The translations under genes were made by a program, and so were the position numbers. From an uncultured Pelagibacteraceae bacterium (GTDB lineage: Bacteria > Pseudomonadota > Alphaproteobacteria > Pelagibacterales > Pelagibacteraceae), in the NCBI GenBank assembly GCA_902579465.1, contig CACHGV010000003.1, positions 9,482 through 73,481 on the forward strand: DNA of 64,000 nt, in the 5' to 3' direction. The notes below the pieces were generated by a model. The model was not told the origin of the DNA. It was given only the letters and a program-made list of their open reading frames with translations, and did no database searches. Of this stretch, positions 21,057 to 33,035 are shown piece after piece; position 1 is the first letter of the stretch, and every line of letters starts with the position of its first letter.

Positions 21057-22064
21057 TTGGTTGATTTAAATAAAAAAAAAATTATTTCTGAATTAAAATA
21101 TGTGTATTCTGAAAATAATACTTTAAGTATTATATTTCAAAATAATGATTTACTACTTGGTGTGGCAGGTGAGTTTAATAATAACTTGAAGGAACTAGAA
21201 AAAATTACAAAAACTAGCTTATATTCAAGAGGGAATTCTATCCTAGTAAAAAGTGATCCAGAGAAGAACGACTTGATAAAAAATGCTATACAATTTTTGA
21301 CTGAACAATTTTTAATTAATGGAACTATTGAAAAAAAAGATATAATTTCTTCTATAAACGAATTTATGATAGACGAAAAAAATAACTTTGAAAAAAAAGT
21401 AGAATATATAATTAAAACACCAAAAAAATCTGTAATTCCAAGGTCTGAAAGACAGAAAGATTATGTAAGAGCTTTAAGGGAGTCCGACATAATTATTTCA
21501 GCTGGTCCAGCTGGAACAGGCAAAACTTTTTTAGCCGTTGCTGTTGCTTTAACTATGTTGTTAGATAAGAAAATAGAAAGAATTATTCTTTCTAGGCCAG
21601 CTGTTGAGGCTGGAGAAAGACTTGGATTTTTGCCTGGTGATATGAGAGATAAGGTGGACCCGTACCTTAGACCGTTATATGACTCTTTATACGATCTATT
21701 AGATTTTGAAAAGATACAAAAAAAAATTGAGGTAGGTGATATAGAAATTGCCCCTCTAGCTTTTATGAGAGGTAGAACTTTAAAAAATTCTTTTGCAATT
21801 CTTGATGAGGCACAAAACGCAACAGATACCCAGATTAAAATGTTTTTAACTAGAATTGGAGAGAACTCCAAGATAGTAATAAATGGTGATCCCTCGCAAA
21901 TAGATTTACCCAATAAATCACTTTCAGGTTTATATAGATCAAAAAAATTACTTGGGCATTTAAAAGAAATTTCTGTAGTTGATTTTAATCATAAAGATGT
22001 AGTTAGACACCCACTTGTATCAAAAATTGTTAAGGCATATTCAGATCAAAGCTCAGACAGATGA
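21057..22064 (+). CDS. PhoH-like ATPase (YbeZ)
   Basis: 'GPAGTGKT', 'RPAVEAGERLGFLPG', 'DEAQN'. Confidence 0.95.
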   Translation: MVDLNKKKIISELKYVYSENNTLSIIFQNNDLLLGVAGEFNNNLKELEKITKTSLYSRGNSILVKSDPEKNDLIKNAIQFLTEQFLINGTIEKKDIISSINEFMIDEKNNFEKKVEYIIKTPKKSVIPRSERQKDYVRALRESDIIISAGPAGTGKTFLAVAVALTMLLDKKIERIILSRPAVEAGERLGFLPGDMRDKVDPYLRPLYDSLYDLLDFEKIQKKIEVGDIEIAPLAFMRGRTLKNSFAILDEAQNATDTQIKMFLTRIGENSKIVINGDPSQIDLPNKSLSGLYRSKKLLGHLKEISVVDFNHKDVVRHPLVSKIVKAYSDQSSDR

Positions 22065-22507
22065 TAAAAGCCAATGTAATATCTGGCTGTTCAAATTGGA
22101 TAAAAATTATAAAAAAACCAAATGATTATTTAAAGAAAAGACTTAAAATATTATCCAAAGCACCTTTATTCAAAAAAAAGAACCATGAATTCTCGATACT
22201 CTTAACTAATGATAAGAAAATGAGATATTTCAATCTTAAATTTAGAAAAAAAAACAAAACTACTGACGTTTTATCCTTTCCAATGAAAATTAAAGAAAAA
22301 AAAAGACTATATTTAGGTGATATAGCAATTAGCTTTGAAATTATAAAAGAGCGATCAAAAAAAACAAATTTCTTTTTAGAGTTTGATAAAATGTGGATAC
22401 ATGGATATCTTCATTTGATTGGTCATGATCATAAGAAATTAAATGATTTTAAAAAAATGTATAAAAAAGAAAAATTAATATTAAATTATTTTCATAAAGT
22501 AAATTGA
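22061..22507 (+). CDS. ybeY: rRNA maturation factor YbeY
   Basis: 'TDVLSFP', 'HGYLHLIGHDH'. Confidence 0.95.
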   Translation: MIKANVISGCSNWIKIIKKPNDYLKKRLKILSKAPLFKKKNHEFSILLTNDKKMRYFNLKFRKKNKTTDVLSFPMKIKEKKRLYLGDIAISFEIIKERSKKTNFFLEFDKMWIHGYLHLIGHDHKKLNDFKKMYKKEKLILNYFHKVN

Positions 22508-24027
22508 CTTTACTAAACAAAAACAAAATTCTTTTATACTTACTTGTTTTTTCACTCGGTATTATATCTTCTTTTAGCCTTCCACCTTACAATTTATTTT
22601 ACATAAATTTCTTCTCATACCCTGCTTTTCTGTGGACATTACTATTTTATTCAAAAGATAAGATTGTTTCATTTAATATTGGATGGGTATTTGGATTTGG
22701 TTATTTTATTTCAAATTTATATTGGATAACGAATTCGTTAACTTTTGATGATATATTTAAACCTTTAATACCATTTGCTTTAATTTTAATACCATTATTT
22801 TTAGGATTATTTTATGGTTTTTCAACTTTGGTTTTTTCTTTTTTAAACCCGCAAAAAAATTTTTTATCAATTTTAATTTTAGCTACTGCTATGTCTGTAT
22901 TTGAATATATCAGAAGTTTCTTATTTGGTGGTTTTCCTTGGAACTTAATTGCTTTTAGCTTTGTAAATTATTTAGAATTTATTCAAATACTTTCTATAAC
23001 TGGGACCTATGCTTTTAATTCACTAGTTATTTTATTATTTTTATTTCCAACTATTTTATTCTTTAATTATAAAAGAAAAATTAAAATAAGTATATTTATT
23101 ATTTCTCTGTTAGCTCTTTTCACTAATTATTTTTGGGGTAACTTAAATTTGAGACAGTTTGAATTAACTGAAAAAGAAGATTTAGGTTTTAATATTAGGA
23201 TAATTTCTCCTACCATTAATATTAATAGATATTTTCAGAATGAAAATCCCAATGAACTTATACTTGAATTGATTAATATTTCTAAACCGAATCCATCAAT
23301 CGAAACACTATTTATTTTACCTGAGGGTATTCTTTCAAATATTTACTTTGAGGATCTTAAAAAATTTAAAACTCTTTTCTCAGACAATTTTTCAAAAAAA
23401 CATAAGATTATTTTGGGTATAAACATAAATGAAAAACAAAAGATTTATAATGCACTTTTAATGATGAATAATGATCTTAATGTTGTGCAAAAATATTACA
23501 AAAATAAATTGGTACCATTTGGAGAGTTTTTACCGTTTGAAAACATATTAAGTAATCTGGGATTTAAAAAAATTACTCAAGGTTACCAATCTTTCTCTGG
23601 AGATAATCGAAGAGATCTAATTAGACTCAATGATTACAGTTTTATCCCACTTATCTGTTATGAAATTATTTATTCTGGTCAAATAAATAACAGCAAAAAA
23701 AATTATGATTTTATATTAAATATCTCTGAGGATGGTTGGTTTGGAAATTCTATCGGTCCATATCAACATTACTCTCACTCAATTTTCAGATCTATAGAGG
23801 AAGGTAAACCAGTCATCCGATCATCAAACAATGGGATTTCAGCTTTTATAAATCCAAAAGGACAGGTAATTGACAAAATTTTAACAACCGATAAGGGATT
23901 TATTGAGATTCAGTCTTTCAAAAAGTCCAATAAAACAATTTTTAGCTCTCACGGTAATAAGATCTTCTTTTATTTTCTATCTATTTATATTAGTTTAATT
24001 TTTTTTTTAAAAATACGGGAGAATTAA
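22504..24027 (+). CDS. lnt: Apolipoprotein N-acyltransferase
   Basis: 'GGFPW', 'KLVPFGE', 'ICYE', multi-TM. Confidence 0.95.
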   Translation: MTLLNKNKILLYLLVFSLGIISSFSLPPYNLFYINFFSYPAFLWTLLFYSKDKIVSFNIGWVFGFGYFISNLYWITNSLTFDDIFKPLIPFALILIPLFLGLFYGFSTLVFSFLNPQKNFLSILILATAMSVFEYIRSFLFGGFPWNLIAFSFVNYLEFIQILSITGTYAFNSLVILLFLFPTILFFNYKRKIKISIFIISLLALFTNYFWGNLNLRQFELTEKEDLGFNIRIISPTININRYFQNENPNELILELINISKPNPSIETLFILPEGILSNIYFEDLKKFKTLFSDNFSKKHKIILGININEKQKIYNALLMMNNDLNVVQKYYKNKLVPFGEFLPFENILSNLGFKKITQGYQSFSGDNRRDLIRLNDYSFIPLICYEIIYSGQINNSKKNYDFILNISEDGWFGNSIGPYQHYSHSIFRSIEEGKPVIRSSNNGISAFINPKGQVIDKILTTDKGFIEIQSFKKSNKTIFSSHGNKIFFYFLSIYISLIFFLKIREN

Positions 24028-25190
24028 TGAAGAAAAATTTTTTATTTACTAGTGAGTCAGTGTCTGAAGGACACCCGGACAAAGTTTGTGACAGAATTTC
24101 AGACATGGTTGTGGACAGTTTTTTAGCTTCCGAACCCCAGGCAAGAGTTGCTTGTGAAACTTTAACAACAACAAATAAAGTTGTATTAGCTGGAGAAGTA
24201 AGAGGTCCAGAACTAAAAGAAGAAGAATTAATTTCAAAAGTAAGAGATTGTATTAAAGATATAGGTTATGACCAAGATGGTTTTTCTTGGAGAGATCAAA
24301 CTAAAATTGAAACACATTTACACTCTCAATCAGCAGACATAGCAATGGGTGTAGACTCGGCTGGAAACAAAGACGAGGGTGCGGGAGACCAAGGAATTAT
24401 GTTTGGTTATGCTTGTAATGAAACAGATGTTTTAATGCCAGCCCCAATTCATTATTCTCATAAAATTTTAAGACTGATGGCTGAGGATAGAAAATCAGGA
24501 AAGTTGAATGGAATAGAGCCAGATTCAAAAAGTCAAATCACTATTGAATATAAAGATGGTATGCCTTCAGCTGTAACATCAGTAGTTATATCTACACAAC
24601 ATTCAAAAGATGTTAACTTAGCTCAAGTTAAAGAACTTTGTATGCCCTATATAGAACGATCTATCCCTAAAAATTTATTAAGAAGTCTTGATGAAAAAGA
24701 GATTTATATAAACCCTACTGGAAACTTTGTAATTGGAGGACCAGACGGAGATAGTGGTTTAACTGGAAGAAAAATTATTGTTGATACATATGGTGGAGCT
24801 GCACCACACGGTGGAGGTGCGTTTTCTGGAAAAGATCCTACAAAAGTTGATAGATCAGCTGCTTATGCATCAAGATATTTAGCTAAAAATATTGTGGCAT
24901 CAAAAGTTGCTGATAAATGTTTAATTCAATTAGCCTACGCTATTGGAGTTTCTAAACCACTATCAATTTATGTAGATTTGTTTGATAATGATGAAGAAAA
25001 GAACATGCATGTTGAAAAACTTATTAAAGAAAACTTTGATCTAAGCCCAAGAGGAATTAGAGAAATGTTAGGTTTAAACAAACCTATTTATGAAAAAACT
25101 GCAGCCTATGGACATTTTGGAAGAATTCCAGAGGACGATGGATCATTTTCATGGGAAAAAACAGATAAATCTGGAGTTTTTAGCAAGTAA
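24027..25190 (+). CDS. metK: S-adenosylmethionine synthetase
   Basis: '[11 protein letters not shown]', 'GAGDQG', 'GGGAFSGKD'. Confidence 0.99.
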   Translation: MKKNFLFTSESVSEGHPDKVCDRISDMVVDSFLASEPQARVACETLTTTNKVVLAGEVRGPELKEEELISKVRDCIKDIGYDQDGFSWRDQTKIETHLHSQSADIAMGVDSAGNKDEGAGDQGIMFGYACNETDVLMPAPIHYSHKILRLMAEDRKSGKLNGIEPDSKSQITIEYKDGMPSAVTSVVISTQHSKDVNLAQVKELCMPYIERSIPKNLLRSLDEKEIYINPTGNFVIGGPDGDSGLTGRKIIVDTYGGAAPHGGGAFSGKDPTKVDRSAAYASRYLAKNIVASKVADKCLIQLAYAIGVSKPLSIYVDLFDNDEEKNMHVEKLIKENFDLSPRGIREMLGLNKPIYEKTAAYGHFGRIPEDDGSFSWEKTDKSGVFSK

Positions 25191-25246
25191 ATATTGTTGT
25201 AAATCAATAAAAAATAACTATATTTCATGCACATTGTTGAAATTTC

Positions 25247-25274
25247 AAAAATGGGCTTAGGCCCATTTTTTTTT
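25247..25274 (+). terminator. Intrinsic terminator in the metK-nusA gap (possible nusA leader attenuator)
   Basis: AAAAATGGGC-TTAG-GCCCATTTTT followed by more Ts, 12 nt before the nusA ATG; TTGTAA-N16-TATATT promoter-like element at 25197-25224. Confidence 0.8.
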
Positions 25275-25286
25275 GGCTAAAAAGTT

Positions 25287-26840
25287 ATGTTGAATAGAAG
25301 AGCTGACAAATTAGAATTATTAAGAATTGCTGAGGCTGTAGCATTAGAAAAATCTATTGATAAAGAACTGATTATAAGTTCTATGGAAACAGGTATTGCT
25401 AAAGCGGCAAAATCAAAATTTGGATCTGATAATGAAATCAAGGTGGAAATAGATAGAGATAATGGAAATATAGGAATATTTAGAAAATTATTGATTACAG
25501 AAAAACCTGAAAACTCAAACATAGAAATTACTCTGGCAGATGCAGTAAAGTTAAATGAAATCAACAAAGACAAAAAAATAGGAGATGAGGTTTTACAACC
25601 TTTGCCATCATTTGATTTTGGAAGAATTGCAGCTCAAACAGCCAAACAGGTTATAAGCTTTAATGTAAGAGAGGCAGAAAGAGAGAGGCAATATAATGAT
25701 TTTATTGATAAAAAGGACACTATATTAAGTGGAATAGTTAAAAGACTAGAATTTGGAAATGTAATAGTTGATCTTGGAAGAACTGAAGCAATAATTCAAA
25801 AAAATGAAATGATACCTAGAGAGAACATTAAGGCTGGAGATAGAATTAAAGCCTACTGTTTAGATGTAAGAAGAGAGCCGAGAGGTCAACAAATTTTTTT
25901 ATCAAGAGCTCATCCAAAATTTATGGATAAACTTTTTGTCCAAGAAGTCCCAGAAATATATGATGGATTGATCGAAATTAAATCTTCTTCCAGAGATCCT
26001 GGAAGCAGAGCAAAAATTTGTGTAAAAGCCATTGATACTTCGTTGGATCCTGTAGGTGCATGTGTTGGAATGAGAGGTAGTAGAGTTCAAGCTGTTGTAA
26101 ATGAATTACAAGGTGAAAAAATAGATATAGTAAATTGGTCTGAAGATCCAGCTATTATAGTAGCTAATGCGTTATCACCTGCTGAAGTTCAAAGAGTAAA
26201 TGTTGATAGTGAAGCAAAAAAACTCGATGTTATATTAACAGAGGAAAACTTAAGTAAGGCTATTGGAAGAAGGGGTCAAAATGTAAGACTAGCCACAAAA
26301 CTTTTAAATTATGAAATAAACATAATGACTGAGCAAGAAGACTCTGAAAAAAGACAAATAGAATTTAAAGAAAAAACAGACAACATTGTTAAAAACTTAG
26401 AACTAGATGAGACTCTTGGACAACTTTTAGTAGCTGAAGGATTTTCTTCGATTGATGATATTAAAGATTCTTCCCCAGATGCTTTAACAAAAATAGAGGG
26501 TATTGAGGAAGAGACAGCAAAAGAACTAATTGAACGAGCAAAAGAATTTTACGAAAAAGATCAAGAAGAAATCTCAAAAAGAATAAAAGATTTAGGTTTA
26601 GACAGTGATTTAATTAATCATGAGGGTCTTACAGCAGGTATGTTAGTTACCTTGGGTGAACAGAAGATTTTAACCTTAACAGATTTAGCCGACCTAGCAT
26701 CTGACGAGTTAACTGGAACTTACGACGTGGTTAAAGGTGAAAGAGTTAAAATTAAAGGTTATTTAGAAGATTTTGCTCTATCAAAATTAGAAGCAGATAA
26801 TTTAATTATGTCAGCTAGAGACAAAGTTTATAAAGATTGA
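25287..26840 (+). CDS. nusA: Transcription factor NusA
   Basis: 'FGRIAAQTAKQV', S1/KH domains, 'AIGRRGQNVRLA'. Confidence 0.99.
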   Translation: MLNRRADKLELLRIAEAVALEKSIDKELIISSMETGIAKAAKSKFGSDNEIKVEIDRDNGNIGIFRKLLITEKPENSNIEITLADAVKLNEINKDKKIGDEVLQPLPSFDFGRIAAQTAKQVISFNVREAERERQYNDFIDKKDTILSGIVKRLEFGNVIVDLGRTEAIIQKNEMIPRENIKAGDRIKAYCLDVRREPRGQQIFLSRAHPKFMDKLFVQEVPEIYDGLIEIKSSSRDPGSRAKICVKAIDTSLDPVGACVGMRGSRVQAVVNELQGEKIDIVNWSEDPAIIVANALSPAEVQRVNVDSEAKKLDVILTEENLSKAIGRRGQNVRLATKLLNYEINIMTEQEDSEKRQIEFKEKTDNIVKNLELDETLGQLLVAEGFSSIDDIKDSSPDALTKIEGIEEETAKELIERAKEFYEKDQEEISKRIKDLGLDSDLINHEGLTAGMLVTLGEQKILTLTDLADLASDELTGTYDVVKGERVKIKGYLEDFALSKLEADNLIMSARDKVYKD

Positions 26841-26850
26841 AAGATGAAAA

Positions 26851-29067
26851 ATGGAAAAAAAAAAATTAAAGTTATCTATAAAAGGAAGTTCTCAGAAGAC
26901 TTTCAGTAGTATAGAGCAGGCTAAATCAAAATCAAAAAACACTGTTGTAATTGAGAAAAAAAGTTCAAAATTTCAGGGTAAATCGCAATTTTCTAGAGCA
27001 AATAATAGTAGTTTTGCACCAAATAGAAATATTTCTTCAAAGACAAATAATTTTACCAGACCCGTATCACCTCCTACCTCAGATTTTGAAAAAAGAAAAT
27101 TAGCAGAGCAAAGAGCTACAAGAAGGTTAAAAGGAGAAGCTGCACCAAAAGATAATAAATCAAATAAAACCAACGGAAAAAGAAGAGAATTGAAATTAAC
27201 AATTTCTAGAGCTTTAAGTGACGATCATGCTGAGATAAAATCAAGAAGTCTAGCTTCTTTAAAAAGAGCAAAACAAAAAGAAAATAGAAGTTTAAATCAA
27301 GAAGAAAATAAAGATAGCTTTGTTCAAGTTAAAAGAGAAGTAAATCTTCCAGAGATAATAACAATCAAAGAGCTAGCAAACAGAATGGCTGAACAATCCA
27401 GCAGTATTATTAAACATTTGCTTGGTATGGGAGTAACAGTAACAATAAATAACACAATAGATGCTGATACAGCAGAATATTTAGTTAAGGAATTTGGCCA
27501 TAATCCAATAAGAGAGGCAAAGGCTGAAGAAATAATTGAAAAAATAAAAGAGGTTAAATCAGAAAATTTACAAAATCGCCCTCCAATTGTCACGGTTATG
27601 GGACATGTTGATCATGGTAAAACTTCAGTTTTAGATGTTTTAAGGAAAGCTAACGTAGTTTCAGGAGAATTTGGAGGTATTACTCAACACATTGGAGCTT
27701 ATCAGATTAACCATCAAAATAATAAAATTACATTTATTGATACTCCAGGACACGCAGCCTTTACTGAGATGCGAGCTAGAGGCTCTAAGCTTACAGATAT
27801 TGTAATTTTAGTTGTTGCTGCAGATGATGGTGTTAAACCACAAACCATTGAGTCCATTAAACATGCAAAAGCAGCAAAAGTTCCAATAGTTGTTGCTATA
27901 AATAAATGTGATTTACCAGAAGCAGATCCACAAAAAATTAAAAATCAACTTTTGGAATATGAATTAATTGCTGAAGACTTGTCTGGTGATACTCTAATGG
28001 TAGAAATCTCAACAAAAACTAAAAATAATTTAGATAAGTTAGTTGAGTCAGTTTTGTTACAAGCAGAATTACTAGATTTAAAAACAGACTTTGAAACGAA
28101 TGCCAAAGGTATAGTTCTAGAATCAAAAATAGATGTTGGAAGAGGTCCTGTTGCAAACATTGTTGTAACTACAGGTACTCTTAAAAAGGGAGATTATTTT
28201 GTTAGTGGATTAAAATGGGGGAAAGTGAGAGCAATAATAAACGACCAAGGCAAAAATATTGATATTGCTGAACCAGCTACTCCAATTGAGATTATAGGTA
28301 TTAATGGTCCAGCAAAATCTGGTGATGATTTTATTGTTTTATCAAGTGAAAAAGAGGCTAAATCCCTTTGTGAGGCAAGAGTTGAAGAGTCAAAAGATAA
28401 TAAAATACCTCTTAATTTTGTGACTCAAGACTCTGCTTTTCAGAGCTCAATATCAGAGGAATTAAATATAATTATTAAATCAGACGTTCATGGTTCATCT
28501 GAGGCCATTAAAAATGCAATAGATCAAATAAAACATGATGAAGTAAAACCAAAAATTCTTCTTTCAGATATAGGAATGGTAACTGAAACAGATGTAACTT
28601 TAGCAAAGGCATCTAATGCTGTAATAATTGCATTCAATGTTAAACCAAGCAAAGAGGCAAAGAAAAGAGCTGAACAAGAAAAAATTTTAATTTCCTCTTA
28701 TAACATAATCTATGAAGTATTAGATTTTATTAAAGCAAGGATGGCAGGATTATTAGCTCCAAATATACAAGAAACAATTATTGGAAGTGCAGAAATTCTT
28801 GAAATTTTTAAGGTTTCAAAAGTTGGAAAAGTAGCTGGGTCAAAAGTTGTCGAGGGCGAAATAACACAGAACTCTAATGCAAGAGTTATTAGAGATGGAG
28901 CTATAATATTTAATGGGAAAATTGGTTCTATATTTAGAGAAAAAGATCAAACCAAGCAGGTATCGGCAGGTTTAGAATGTGGAATTACACTTAAAGACTT
29001 CGCTGATTATCAAAAAAAAGATATTATAGAAGTTTATAACTCAACAATAACTGAAAGAACTATTTAA
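26851..29067 (+). CDS. infB: Translation initiation factor IF-2
   Basis: 'GHVDHGKT', 'DTPGHAAF', NKCD. Confidence 0.99.
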   Translation: MEKKKLKLSIKGSSQKTFSSIEQAKSKSKNTVVIEKKSSKFQGKSQFSRANNSSFAPNRNISSKTNNFTRPVSPPTSDFEKRKLAEQRATRRLKGEAAPKDNKSNKTNGKRRELKLTISRALSDDHAEIKSRSLASLKRAKQKENRSLNQEENKDSFVQVKREVNLPEIITIKELANRMAEQSSSIIKHLLGMGVTVTINNTIDADTAEYLVKEFGHNPIREAKAEEIIEKIKEVKSENLQNRPPIVTVMGHVDHGKTSVLDVLRKANVVSGEFGGITQHIGAYQINHQNNKITFIDTPGHAAFTEMRARGSKLTDIVILVVAADDGVKPQTIESIKHAKAAKVPIVVAINKCDLPEADPQKIKNQLLEYELIAEDLSGDTLMVEISTKTKNNLDKLVESVLLQAELLDLKTDFETNAKGIVLESKIDVGRGPVANIVVTTGTLKKGDYFVSGLKWGKVRAIINDQGKNIDIAEPATPIEIIGINGPAKSGDDFIVLSSEKEAKSLCEARVEESKDNKIPLNFVTQDSAFQSSISEELNIIIKSDVHGSSEAIKNAIDQIKHDEVKPKILLSDIGMVTETDVTLAKASNAVIIAFNVKPSKEAKKRAEQEKILISSYNIIYEVLDFIKARMAGLLAPNIQETIIGSAEILEIFKVSKVGKVAGSKVVEGEITQNSNARVIRDGAIIFNGKIGSIFREKDQTKQVSAGLECGITLKDFADYQKKDIIEVYNSTITERTI

Positions 29068-29433
29068 ATGAAACACCTAGGAAAACCCATTACACAACGA
29101 CAATTAAGAGTTGGCGAAATGATAAAACAAGCCTTAGGCACACTTTTTATTAGAGATGAAGCAAAAATACCAAATTTATCAACAAAAGAAATTACAGTTA
29201 CAGAAGTAAGAATGTCACCAGATTTAAAAACAGCTAAAATATTTGTAATGCCTTTGGGAGGAAAAAACTCTGAAGAAATTATAGAAAAATTAAAAATTGC
29301 TTCATTCATGATAAGGAAAGTTTTATCAAAAAAAATTATCATGAAATTTTTACCAAAACTTTTTTTTGTGAAAGATGATTCTTTTGATTACGCAGAAAAA
29401 ATAGAAAATTTAATTAAACAAACAAATAAATAA
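29068..29433 (+). CDS. rbfA: Ribosome-binding factor A
   Basis: 'RQLRVGE', 'EVRMSPDLKTA'; follows infB. Confidence 0.96.
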   Translation: MKHLGKPITQRQLRVGEMIKQALGTLFIRDEAKIPNLSTKEITVTEVRMSPDLKTAKIFVMPLGGKNSEEIIEKLKIASFMIRKVLSKKIIMKFLPKLFFVKDDSFDYAEKIENLIKQTNK

Positions 29434-29441
29434 GGAAAAAA

Positions 29442-29690
29442 ATGAAAGAAAAAGTAAAAGAACTTCAAATCCACGACAAGGATACTGGATCTTCTGAAGT
29501 TCAGATTGCTCAATTAACCGGAAAAATTGAGAATCTGTCAAAACATATTAAACAATTTAAAAAGGACAAACATTCTTCAGTTGGCCTTTTGAGAGCAGTA
29601 AATAGAAGAAAAAAATTATTAGACTATTTAAAGAAAAATAATATGGAGTCTTATAAAGAAGTGTTAACAAAATTAAATTTAAGGAAGTAA
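29442..29690 (+). CDS. rpsO: 30S ribosomal protein S15
   Basis: 'DTGSSEVQIA', 'KDKHSSVGL'. Confidence 0.98.
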   Translation: MKEKVKELQIHDKDTGSSEVQIAQLTGKIENLSKHIKQFKKDKHSSVGLLRAVNRRKKLLDYLKKNNMESYKEVLTKLNLRK

Positions 29691-31763
29691 ATGTTTAAAG
29701 TAGTAAAAAAAGAAATAGAAGTAAGTGGAAAAAAATTAAGTTTAGAGACTGGAAAGATAGCAAGACAAGCAGATGGATCAATTATAGCTCAATGTGGAGA
29801 GACAGTTGTTTTAGCAACAGTTGTTGGTGCAAAGAAAGTAAATCCAGATATGGATTATTTCCCATTATCAGTCAATTACCAGGAAAAATATTATGCAGCT
29901 GGTAAGATACCTGGTGGATATTTTAAAAGAGAAGCTAGACCTACAGAAAGTGAAACTTTAATTTCAAGATTAATTGATAGGCCCATTAGACCACTGTTTC
30001 CAGATGAATTCAAAAACGAAGTACAGTTATTACCAACAGTAATATCCTATGATAAAGAGAATGAAGCAGACATTTTATCTATCATTGCCTCTTCAGCAGC
30101 TCTTGCAATCTCTGGAATGCCTTTCATGGGTCCTGTGGGAGCCTCTAGAGTTGGCTTCATTGAAGGAAAATACGTCCTTAACCCATCTAAAAAAGAATTA
30201 GAGAAATCTAAATTAGATTTAGTTGTAGCTGGAACTAAAGATGCAGTTTTAATGGTTGAGTCCGAAGCAAATGGCTTGACTGAGGAAGAAATGTTGAATG
30301 CTGTTAAATTTGGTCATGAAGGTTTTGTTCCAATAATAGAAATGATCGAAGAACTTGCAAAAGAATGTAGAAAGCCTGAATGGACAGTTGAGAAGAAAGA
30401 TTTATCTGAAGTAAAAAAGAAATTAGAAGAAGAATTTACTGAAGATTTAAAAAAAGCTTTCTCTACAAGAGATAAGCAAGATAGATCAAATCAAATTTCT
30501 CAAATTACTGAAAAAGCTAAAAATTTATATGAGGAAAATGAAACTTATACTGATTTAGATGTAAATTCTCAACTTAAAAATTTAGAAAAATCTATAGTAA
30601 GAACTGATATTCTTAAAAATAAAAACCGTATTGATGGAAGAGGTCTAGCAGATGTAAGACCAATTATGTGTGAAGTTGGAATTTTACCTAGAGTTCATGG
30701 TTCAGCTTTATTTACAAGAGGTGAAACACAAGCCATTGTAACAACTACACTTGGAACTTCAGATGATGAACAAAGAATAGAGAGTTTAGATGGTCTTCAA
30801 AAGGAGAGATTTATGTTGCACTATAATTTTCCTCCATTCTCAGTTGGTGAAACAGGAAGGATTGGGACAGGTAGAAGAGAGATAGGTCATGGTAAGTTAG
30901 CATGGAGAGCAATTAACTCTTCACTTCCATCAAAAGAAAATTTTCCCTATACATTTAGGATTGTCTCAGAAATAACCGAGTCTAACGGTTCATCTTCAAT
31001 GGCAACTGTTTGTGGGACTTCACTTGCTCTTATGGATGCAGGTGTTCCGATTAAAGAGCCAGTTGCTGGAATAGCAATGGGTTTAATCAAAGAGGGTGAA
31101 GATTTCTCTGTACTATCAGATATACTTGGTGATGAAGACCACCTTGGAGATATGGATTTTAAAGTTGCAGGTACTAAAGATGGTATTACATCTTTACAAA
31201 TGGATATTAAAATTACAGGAATTACATTTGAAATAATGGAGCAAGCTTTAAATCAAGCAAAAGATGGAAGAATTCATATTTTGGGTGAAATGAATAAAGC
31301 GCTTTCGAAGTCAAGAGATAATGTTGGTAAACACACTCCAAAAATGGAAAAAATTACAGTCGATAAAAAAGATATCGCAGCAGTAATTGGCAAAGGTGGT
31401 GCAACAATAAGAGAAATTGTTGAAAAATCAGGTGCAAAAGTTGATGTAAATGATGAAGGTGAAGTAACAGTCGCTGCTCCAGATGAAGAGTCTAGAAATA
31501 TTGCCATGCAAATGATTAAAGACATAACAGCTAAAGCTGAATTAAACAAAATTTATAATGGAAAAGTTATGAAAATTATGGAGTTTGGTGCTTTTGTCAA
31601 TTTCTTAGGTAAACAAGATGGGTTAGTTCACATTTCTGAGCTTGCAGACAAAAGAGTTGCTAAAGTAACGGATGTAGTCAAAGAAGGTGATGAAGTTAAA
31701 GTAAAAGTTATTGGATTTGATAGAGGAAAAGTTAAATTATCTATTAAGCAGGCTGCTATATAG
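29691..31763 (+). CDS. pnp: Polyribonucleotide nucleotidyltransferase
   Basis: Two RNase PH domains, 'GDMDFKVAG', KH and S1. Confidence 0.99.
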   Translation: MFKVVKKEIEVSGKKLSLETGKIARQADGSIIAQCGETVVLATVVGAKKVNPDMDYFPLSVNYQEKYYAAGKIPGGYFKREARPTESETLISRLIDRPIRPLFPDEFKNEVQLLPTVISYDKENEADILSIIASSAALAISGMPFMGPVGASRVGFIEGKYVLNPSKKELEKSKLDLVVAGTKDAVLMVESEANGLTEEEMLNAVKFGHEGFVPIIEMIEELAKECRKPEWTVEKKDLSEVKKKLEEEFTEDLKKAFSTRDKQDRSNQISQITEKAKNLYEENETYTDLDVNSQLKNLEKSIVRTDILKNKNRIDGRGLADVRPIMCEVGILPRVHGSALFTRGETQAIVTTTLGTSDDEQRIESLDGLQKERFMLHYNFPPFSVGETGRIGTGRREIGHGKLAWRAINSSLPSKENFPYTFRIVSEITESNGSSSMATVCGTSLALMDAGVPIKEPVAGIAMGLIKEGEDFSVLSDILGDEDHLGDMDFKVAGTKDGITSLQMDIKITGITFEIMEQALNQAKDGRIHILGEMNKALSKSRDNVGKHTPKMEKITVDKKDIAAVIGKGGATIREIVEKSGAKVDVNDEGEVTVAAPDEESRNIAMQMIKDITAKAELNKIYNGKVMKIMEFGAFVNFLGKQDGLVHISELADKRVAKVTDVVKEGDEVKVKVIGFDRGKVKLSIKQAAI

Positions 31764-31767
31764 ATAA

Positions 31768-32151
31768 ATGTCCAACCCATTTATTTTAATTGCTAGAATA
31801 CGTGTTAAAGAGGGCAAGGTTGAGGAGTATCTCAAGATAGCAAAAGAAGCTGATGATGCTGTCAATGCTTCAGAGCCAGACATGCTTATTCATACTTTTG
31901 ATCAAGATCCAACCGATCCTTTAAAATTTACTTGGAGTGAAGTCTACAGAAATAGTGAAGCCATGATGCATCATCTAAATAATGCCCCAGTTCAAGCTTA
32001 TGTTGAAAAGCACAACAAAATTGCTGATAGGTTCGAAATAGAGGTTTACGGAAATATTACAGAAGAGACTATCAAAGCAATTAAAGAAACAAATATCCCT
32101 TTTAAACATTTTAAAACCACTTATGTTGGTTATACTAGAAGCGATATTTAA
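31768..32151 (+). CDS. ABM/dimeric alpha-beta barrel protein (putative quinol monooxygenase-like)
   Basis: 'VKEGKVEEY', 'EP', 'EVYRNSEAMMHH' pattern typical of ABM domains. Confidence 0.7.
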   Translation: MSNPFILIARIRVKEGKVEEYLKIAKEADDAVNASEPDMLIHTFDQDPTDPLKFTWSEVYRNSEAMMHHLNNAPVQAYVEKHNKIADRFEIEVYGNITEETIKAIKETNIPFKHFKTTYVGYTRSDI

Positions 32152-32169
32152 TAAATTTAGAGGAGAATT

Positions 32170-32535
32170 ATGAAAAAATTTGAAGAATTGATGTCTGTAA
32201 GTGGAGAGATAGAAAATATCAGCGCTGAAGAGGCAAAAAAAAAGTTAAATGATCCTACTGTTCAATTTATTGATGTAAGGGATAAAGAAAGTTTTTCTAA
32301 AGGAACAATAGGAAATGCTATTCATATGGATAGAGGATTATTAGAATTTTATTTAGCTGAAGGAAGTCCGATTGAGAATGATATTGTTAAAAATAACCCA
32401 GATAAAGAATATGTTGTTTTTTGTGGTGTTGGTGGACAAGGTACTCTAGCTACAAAGACTATGAAAGATATGGGAGTAAAAAACGTTAAAAACATATCTG
32501 GTGGAATGGCTGAGTGGAATAAAATTAAAGATTAA
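32170..32535 (+). CDS. Single-domain rhodanese
   Basis: 'IDVRD', 'RGLLEF', active-site 'CGVGGQG', 'GGMAEW'; strong GAGGAG RBS. Confidence 0.9.
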   Translation: MKKFEELMSVSGEIENISAEEAKKKLNDPTVQFIDVRDKESFSKGTIGNAIHMDRGLLEFYLAEGSPIENDIVKNNPDKEYVVFCGVGGQGTLATKTMKDMGVKNVKNISGGMAEWNKIKD

Positions 32536-33023
32536 CTCTCTGGAACGAAAAGCAAGCAAAGACCGTTGCTACAATATCTTTTTCCACCATCAGGACCATC
32601 ATTAAATACATGGCCGTGATGAGCTCCACAATTTGCGCAAGAATACTCCGTTCTTTTCATGCCAAAAGAATAATCAGTTTTCGTGATAAACACACCTGGT
32701 AATGCCTCAGTGAATGAGGGCCAGCCGGTTCCGCTGTCAAACTTTTTAACAGATTCAAATAATTTCACACCACAATTAGCACAATGATACGATCCTTTTC
32801 TTTTCTCATAGTTTAATTCACTAGTTCCAGCACGTTCAGTACCTTCTTCAAACATTATTATTTTTTGTTCATTTGTAAGATCAGGATTAATTATATTGTA
32901 CACGCTTTCGTCTTTTTTTAATTTTTTTTTAAAACCTACTAAATTACTAGCTAATGAGACAAAAGGATAAAATATAAAACCCAATATAGAAACCCCAGTA
33001 ATTTTTAAAAAATTTCTTCTCAT
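32532..33023 (-). CDS. msrB: Peptide methionine-R-sulfoxide reductase with Tat-like signal
   Basis: 'GTERA', two CxxC, 'KFDSGTGWPSF', 'GHVF', 'RYCSN'; N-terminus MRRNFLK. Confidence 0.95.
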   Translation of the reverse strand: MRRNFLKITGVSILGFIFYPFVSLASNLVGFKKKLKKDESVYNIINPDLTNEQKIIMFEEGTERAGTSELNYEKRKGSYHCANCGVKLFESVKKFDSGTGWPSFTEALPGVFITKTDYSFGMKRTEYSCANCGAHHGHVFNDGPDGGKRYCSNGLCLLFVPES

Positions 33024-33035
33024 GATAGTTAAGTA

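Noticed and set aside
24000-24030. SAM riboswitch upstream of metK
   Set aside because: metK overlaps the lnt stop codon; there is no untranslated leader.
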